From NCBI GenBank assembly GCA_049299895.1, contig JBAQYF010000006.1, positions 29 to 64,028 on the forward strand: a DNA stretch of 64,000 nt, in the 5' to 3' direction. Shown here piece by piece: positions 57,537 to 64,000 of this stretch (position 1 is its first letter; each line of letters begins with the position of its first letter). Made by a program: the position numbers and the translations under genes. Origin of the DNA: Candidatus Altiarchaeia archaeon (GTDB taxonomy: Archaea; Altiarchaeota; Altiarchaeia; IMC4; QMZM01). The notes below the pieces were generated by a model, which made no database searches, was not told where the DNA came from, and saw nothing but the letters and a program-made list of their open reading frames with translations.

Positions 57537-57610
57537 TGGACCCGTCGGGATTCGAACCCGAGGCCTCCCGCGTGCAAGGCGGGCGATCTACCAGACTGAT
57601 CTACGAGCCC
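57537..57610 (-). tRNA. tRNA-Ala: tRNA-Ala (anticodon TGC) in the 16S-23S spacer
   Basis: rc = GGGCTCGTAGATCAGTCTGGTAGATCGCCCGCCTTGCACGCGGGAGGCCTCGGGTTCGAATCCCGACGGGTCCA. It forms a cloverleaf with a G3:U70 pair, anticodon loop CTTGCAC and a GTTCGAATC T-loop. CCA is not encoded. Confidence 0.95.
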
Positions 57611-57706
57611 TTCCCGACGGTAGCTATCTTTATTTTCTTTAAATGATTGCTGAATTTAGCACCTTAGTGCGAACGACTAATCCCATACTGTTTTAGTAAA
57701 TTTCTT

Positions 57707-59196
<1,490 letters not shown>

Positions 59197-60142
59197 TAGT
59201 TGTCGCAAAATAAATAAAGGATATAATTAAAGGATTGTTTAGTTCACACTAAAGTTTTGCTTTCAGCAATCATCTAATCAGGTAAGCGCGAACATCGCAA
59301 ATACCCTCCTAACGAACGAAATAATATTAAACGAAATCGATGAATATAATATAGCGCTTTTGGACTATATAAATCAAATAATATATCCGCCGCATGCTTG
59401 TTTAAAAGAGCCCCGTATTATGCCTTGAGAGCAGTGAATCAAACGGGCGAAACAAGCCTATAGGAAATAATATACGCCTTGGTCTTTAAAAAGCATTCAG
59501 ACTTTTTCTGTTGGAAAACAGATAGAAGGCCTAAACGAAAAATTAAAAACGATGCTACAATATATGATATACAGACTTAATAATGAAGGAAAAAAATAAG
59601 AGACATACAGCTTTGTTATCGATCGCATCAATATTCTTTCTGCGGTCCCTACACGCTATCCCACTAGCGAGCGCAGAATAGTGTGATGTCATAAACTAAA
59701 AGAATTTGACAGATAACATATACATAGAGGCAAAGAAACATTAAACAGAAGCGGGTGCCTGAAATTCGGAGGAATAAAAAAAACAGATTCTCTAAGTCGA
59801 TATTAAAGGAGACGCATAGTCTCCATTAACTGTGCAAGACTAATGTGAAGATCCGAGTAGTCATCGCAGGCAAACGCAGAGAGCAAAAGAAAGAGCCGAT
59901 GGAAAAACAAAGGCCAGACGCCGAGAAAAAAAATCCCTGGAAGACGCCGAAAAAAGAAAAAAAGGAAGAAATCGTTTTTGAAAGACGAGCAGAAGATAAA
60001 AGAACCGGAACTCGAAAGGGCGAAACTTAAAACGATCATTGCCGACGAAAAAGAGCGAGGCGTTAAAAAAAAAGCCAAGCGAATAGGTTTTACAAATCCG
60101 TCAGTGGGGTCGAAGACCCCACCCGGGGAGGGTCAGGAAATA

Positions 60143-60173
60143 CCAAAAACTGGGGAGGGGCGGTAGCCCCTCC
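60143..60173 (-). terminator. Hairpin plus T5 downstream of tRNA-His
   Basis: Minus strand: GGAGGGGC-UACC-GCCCCUCC (perfect 8-bp stem, 60154..60173) followed by CCAGTTTTT. Confidence 0.45.
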
Positions 60174-60181
60174 GCGGTTTG

Positions 60182-60256
60182 GGCCGGGACCGGGATTTGA
60201 ACCCGAGTCACAGGATCCACAGTCCCGTAGGATAACCAAGCTACCCTATCCCGGCC
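60182..60256 (-). tRNA. tRNA-His: tRNA-His (anticodon GTG) with genomically encoded G-1
   Basis: rc = G-GCCGGGATAGGGTAGCTTGGTTATCCTACGGGACTGTGGATCCTGTGACTCGGGTTCAAATCCCGGTCCCGGC-C. The anticodon loop is CTGTGGA. The extra 5' G pairs with discriminator C73. Confidence 0.9.
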
Positions 60257-60518
60257 ATGCATAGATACAGGTATGTAATAGGGTTCTTTCTAATTAATAT
60301 AAGAATGCAGGAAACGAACTATGAAACCGGAGGGGTCAAAAGACCACACTTTGCCAGCTTGCGCTGGCATTGCCTATGGCATGCCTTCATAAGGCCCTTT
60401 AGGGCTTTTCTTTTGGGGACGAAACCTCTTTTTGTCCGCGGACATGCCTTCAGGCATTTTCGGGAAAAGGAGATAGGTCCAAAGGTTTTTATATACGAAC
60501 CAACTAAGAACATATACT

Positions 60519-60878
60519 ATGTCTTATTGTGTGAACTGCGGGTCGGAGGTCACTGCGGGTGCCAGGATTTGCGCTGACTGCGGCTATGACCCGAACATCA
60601 AGGGGAGGAGGATCCGTCCTGATCGTTCCAGTATCGAGAGTTATGCGGAGGTTTTGGCCGAGGCTGACAGCATCTCTGAGAAGCCGGAGAAAATGGTGTG
60701 CAATAGTTGTTTTAAGAGTTTTGAGCGTTCCCTTGATTCGTGTCCCAACTGCAGCGAGAAGAATTCGCATAAGTGCGTTCCTGCGCCGGCTGATTCCCAG
60801 GCGAAGAAGTACGCCGCTTATGCTGTTTTGGCATTGCTCGCGATAATTGTTGTTTTGTCCATCGGGTACGGTTTATAA
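60519..60878 (+). CDS. Zinc-ribbon membrane protein
   Basis: CVNCG..x11..CADCG and CNSC..x12..CPNC, plus C-terminal TM AAYAVLALLAIIVVLSIGYGL. Confidence 0.7.
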   Translation: MSYCVNCGSEVTAGARICADCGYDPNIKGRRIRPDRSSIESYAEVLAEADSISEKPEKMVCNSCFKSFERSLDSCPNCSEKNSHKCVPAPADSQAKKYAAYAVLALLAIIVVLSIGYGL

Positions 60879-60879
60879 A

Positions 60880-61836
60880 ATGAACGAACTGCGCAAGGAC
60901 TATTTGTTGAATCGCTGGGTCATTATTGCAAAGGATCGCGGGCAGCGGCCCGATCAATTCGCCAAAAAGCACGTCGACCAGAAGAAGAGCGATGCTCCCT
61001 GTTTTTTCTGTCCCGGGAGCGAGTCTTCCACGCCCGCCGAGATATCGAGGGTTGAGGAGCATGGCAAATGGATCATCAGGGTCTTTCCCAACAAGTTCTC
61101 TGCTACTTCCTCTGAGCATAAGGAATATGGGAGCGGCATGTTCGTCGGGAGATCCGCTTACGGGAAGCACGAGGTCATCGTCGAGACCCCGGACCATTAT
61201 AAGAGGCTGTCGGACCTCTCCGACCGGCATATAGAAAAGGTTTTGGATGTCTACATCGATCGGATCTCCGGGAACGAGAAGGATCCGAAGATCAAGTATG
61301 TCCTGCTCTTCAAGAACGAGGGGGACGAGGCGGGCACGTCTCTTGTGCATTCGCATTCGCAATTGGTCTCTTTGAGCATTGTGCCTCCGGCTATCCTTGA
61401 GGAGGTTGGTGCTGCGAAAAGGTACCGGAAAGAAAAAGGAAGGTGTCCTTACTGCGACATATGGAAAAAAGAGTCAAAAGGCGAGCGCAGGATATGGGAG
61501 GACAGATTTGTTTCTACATTCACTCCTTATGCGTCCAGGTTCCCATTCGAAGCATGGGTCCTGCCTAAAAGGCATGTGACTACGCCCGAGGACATGTCTG
61601 TTGCAGAGAGGAGGTCCTTTGCAAAAGGATTGATGAGGATCATACGCCGGCTGGATCTGAGCCTGGATCATCCGCCGTATAATTTCTATTTTCACGTATC
61701 CCCTAAAGGAGGCGACCTGCATTTTCATGCCGCCATCTGCCCGAGGATAGCAAGGTGGGCCGGTTTCGAGCTTGGTTCCGGGATAATAATCAACACGATG
61801 CCTCCCGAGCTTGCAGCAGAGCATTACAGGGCATAA
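60880..61836 (+). CDS. galT: Galactose-1-phosphate uridylyltransferase-like (HIT superfamily, GalT type)
   Basis: Start at ATG 60880 (MNELRKDYLLNRWVIIA..). It has the CFFCPGSE Zn site, ..RVFPNKF.., ..GKHEVIVETPDH.., and the active-site HSHSQ. Confidence 0.8.
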   Translation: MNELRKDYLLNRWVIIAKDRGQRPDQFAKKHVDQKKSDAPCFFCPGSESSTPAEISRVEEHGKWIIRVFPNKFSATSSEHKEYGSGMFVGRSAYGKHEVIVETPDHYKRLSDLSDRHIEKVLDVYIDRISGNEKDPKIKYVLLFKNEGDEAGTSLVHSHSQLVSLSIVPPAILEEVGAAKRYRKEKGRCPYCDIWKKESKGERRIWEDRFVSTFTPYASRFPFEAWVLPKRHVTTPEDMSVAERRSFAKGLMRIIRRLDLSLDHPPYNFYFHVSPKGGDLHFHAAICPRIARWAGFELGSGIIINTMPPELAAEHYRA

Positions 61837-61927
61837 GTACATTACGGATGGTGGACTATAATATACGTATATATTATAGCTTGACTAAATTTCTAATTAA
61901 CACAAACAAATTTAGCTTATATCGAAA

Positions 61928-63595
61928 ATGAAAAATTTCCCAGGCATTGCGCTTCTCATCCTGGCACTCTGCGTCAACCAGGCATCAGCGGCTACTTACA
62001 GCGGGGTCGAACCCATAGGCGAATACGGCATCAATGATATAGTCGGGATCCAGGCCCAGGACCTCGACTATGACAATTCAAAGGAGATAATCGTTTATAC
62101 AAGGTCTATGGTATATGTTTTCAGCAGCGGGATTACGCTTAAGTGGACCTATGGAATAGACAACCTGAAGGCGATATACGTCTCGGACATCGATAACGAC
62201 CAAAACAAGGAGATAATCGCGGTCTCAGGAGAGATAGTCAACAACATGGAATGGGGCAACATGTTCATTTTGGACATTGACGGAACGGTCCTACACGCAT
62301 ATGACCGCAAGAGCGGCGAATCATATCCGCACATACTCTTTTATTCCATAGTATCTATCGATTCCGATTCCAACGGCTATGAAGAGATCATCGGCGCCTC
62401 ATCTAACGGGGTACATTCCCTGAAAGACACCTACGACAGGATTATCTGGACGGCTAGGACGGATGAGCGGATAAAAGAGGTTGTCATAAACCGGATCGAT
62501 GCAAAGAATAAGGGGATACTTGCCCGGTCGGATACGAACCTGTATTCTTTTACTCTCGACGGAACGCTGAGGAAAAAATTCAACATATCGGCAGGGATCA
62601 AAAAAATGGCCGTCCTGGAGCTCGGACCAACAAAAGACGACTACATCGCCATTGTAAGAGACGACGATCAGTTGACGATCCTTGATTTGGATTTTAACGT
62701 GCGCTTTGAAGCAGGCATCATAGGTAACATAGTCGAGCTTTCTGCTTACGACATCAACGATGACGGCTTAAACGAAGTCATCCTCGGGACGAAGAACGGA
62801 ATTTACATGCTGAACGGCAGGTATATGATAACAAATAAATATGTTACAGGCGAACCGGTCTCGGGCGTGTACTACCTTGATTGGGAGGGGAACGGAGAGA
62901 AGGAATTGATATTCGCGTCCGGGGAGTATATTTATGCAGTCAGCAAGACGGGAGAACTGGAGGAGAAGACAGGGACGGGATTCCATATCACAGGCCTTAT
63001 CGCAGAAGACTCTGGGAAGGAGGACAAAATAGATCTCATAGCGCATTCTAACGAGAGATTATCCGCGTATGCCAAGAAGAAGGAGACGCAAACTGAATCC
63101 GACGCCAGGAACAGTTATCTTTCCGCCGTGGGCTTCCTGGAGATGGGCAGATACGGCGAAGCCGAGAGGAGCGCGCAGGAGGCACTCGGGATATACGTCA
63201 AAACCGGCGACACCGCAAACATCAACGCCTGCCAGACGCTTATTTCCAAGATATCCGCGGAGAAGAAAAAAGAAAAGACCGAAGCCGCAGAAAAAGATTA
63301 TCAGGAGGCGGAGAGCTATTTTCTTGCGCAGGATTACGCTCTGGCCAGGCAATACGCAAACAAGGCGTCAAGAGAGTATATGGAATTAGAGGACTTGGAG
63401 GGGGTATCAAAGTCCGGCGAGCTTTCTAACAGGATCAATGCCGTGTCCTCGGAGGATGCAAATCAGGAGAACATACGCGAGATACTGGACTCTGCAAAGA
63501 AAATAAACGTATTCCCCATACTGTCCGTGTTCCTCTTAATAGCAATAGTATTGATGCTCGCATTATTGATCGGAAAGAAAAATGAAAAACAATAA
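61928..63595 (+). CDS. Secreted FG-GAP/VCBS-like beta-propeller protein with TPR-like region and C-terminal TM
   Basis: Signal peptide MKNFPGIALLILALCVNQASA. It has repeated D.D.D/N...E(I/V)I(V/A/L/F) calcium-site-like motifs (DLDYDNSKEIIV, DIDNDQNKEIIA, DSDSNGYEEII, DINDDGLNEVIL, DWEGNGEKELIF). The C-terminus is VFPILSVFLLIAIVLMLALLIG. Confidence 0.75.
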   Translation: MKNFPGIALLILALCVNQASAATYSGVEPIGEYGINDIVGIQAQDLDYDNSKEIIVYTRSMVYVFSSGITLKWTYGIDNLKAIYVSDIDNDQNKEIIAVSGEIVNNMEWGNMFILDIDGTVLHAYDRKSGESYPHILFYSIVSIDSDSNGYEEIIGASSNGVHSLKDTYDRIIWTARTDERIKEVVINRIDAKNKGILARSDTNLYSFTLDGTLRKKFNISAGIKKMAVLELGPTKDDYIAIVRDDDQLTILDLDFNVRFEAGIIGNIVELSAYDINDDGLNEVILGTKNGIYMLNGRYMITNKYVTGEPVSGVYYLDWEGNGEKELIFASGEYIYAVSKTGELEEKTGTGFHITGLIAEDSGKEDKIDLIAHSNERLSAYAKKKETQTESDARNSYLSAVGFLEMGRYGEAERSAQEALGIYVKTGDTANINACQTLISKISAEKKKEKTEAAEKDYQEAESYFLAQDYALARQYANKASREYMELEDLEGVSKSGELSNRINAVSSEDANQENIREILDSAKKINVFPILSVFLLIAIVLMLALLIGKKNEKQ

Positions 63596-64000
63596 AATAA
63601 GGATTATTTACCTGTTAGCGGTTTTAGCATTATTGCTGCACGTATCCGCCGGCGCATGGGCGATCACTAATACCAAGCCGGTAGCGGACGCCAATTATAT
63701 AGAAGCGGAGAAAGCATACAACCGGACTGAATACATAAACGCCAGCGACGCTGCCAATAGAGCCCTCAGGTATTATCTGGACGGCGGATACATGGACGGC
63801 GTCATGAAGACCAATGAGCTAATCGGCAAGATAGACGAAGGGCTGAAAAAATTCGGGGAGAACTTCTATAAGGAAGGCTTAAAATATTTCAACAACGGGG
63901 ATTACGACAAAGCAATAGAGAACGCGCAAAAGGCCAGAAGCTACTATGAGGCAATAAAAGCAGACAGCACGGAGGTGCAGAAATGCGATCAATTAATTAG
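63582..64000 (+). CDS. Secreted protein, 5' partial (runs off the window)
   Basis: ATG 63582 overlaps the end of the previous gene. MKNNKIRIIYLLAVLALLLHVSAGAWA is a signal peptide. The frame is open to the window end. Helical ..YFNNGDYDKAIENAQKARSYYEAIK.. resembles the TPR-like tail of the preceding protein. Confidence 0.6.
   Translation, partial: MKNNKIRIIYLLAVLALLLHVSAGAWAITNTKPVADANYIEAEKAYNRTEYINASDAANRALRYYLDGGYMDGVMKTNELIGKIDEGLKKFGENFYKEGLKYFNNGDYDKAIENAQKARSYYEAIKADSTEVQKCDQLI

Noticed and set aside
59803-60166. Lys/Glu-rich ORFs (61-91 aa, both strands) between the 16S promoter region and tRNA-His
   Set aside because: This is a purine-rich low-complexity spacer with several A-runs. 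The ORFs overlap each other in different frames and have no start context or motif. It is more likely spacer or leader DNA.

Overview
This is an archaeal chromosomal window. The right end carries a minus-strand 16S - tRNA-Ala(TGC) - 23S operon with no linked 5S. Long complementary flanks around each rRNA look like archaeal processing stems. Nearby are a tRNA-His(GTG) with an encoded G-1 and a ~285-nt structured RNA that I read as RNase P RNA. The centre holds housekeeping genes: a NurA-like nuclease, CorA, two tandem S26/Sec11-type signal peptidases, an aminotransferase, DUF116, a UbiB/ABC1 kinase, a CaCA antiporter and a GalT-like enzyme. These are interleaved with very large surface proteins rich in Thr/Ser linkers and N-x-S/T sequons, and with a MacB-type ABC cluster. 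The largest surface protein is ~3600 aa and has a 7-blade RCC1 propeller inserted inside a LamG domain. The left part (~1.7-14.4 kb) is the most unusual. It is an accessory island built from cassettes: five toxin-antitoxin pairs plus decayed remnants, a retropepsin pair, and an AT-rich block of methylase-less nuclease genes. Each cassette ends in a same-orientation copy of the last ~45 nt of the adjacent ABC-2 permease gene. The island's left edge is a truncated aldo-keto reductase gene. I recognised no recombinase, transposase or CRISPR array. At least five genes are broken by single-nt frame changes, three or four of them at homopolymer or short-run tracts. Assembly indels are therefore a live alternative to pseudogenisation or phase variation. 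All family calls come from motif recognition by eye, and no database search was possible.
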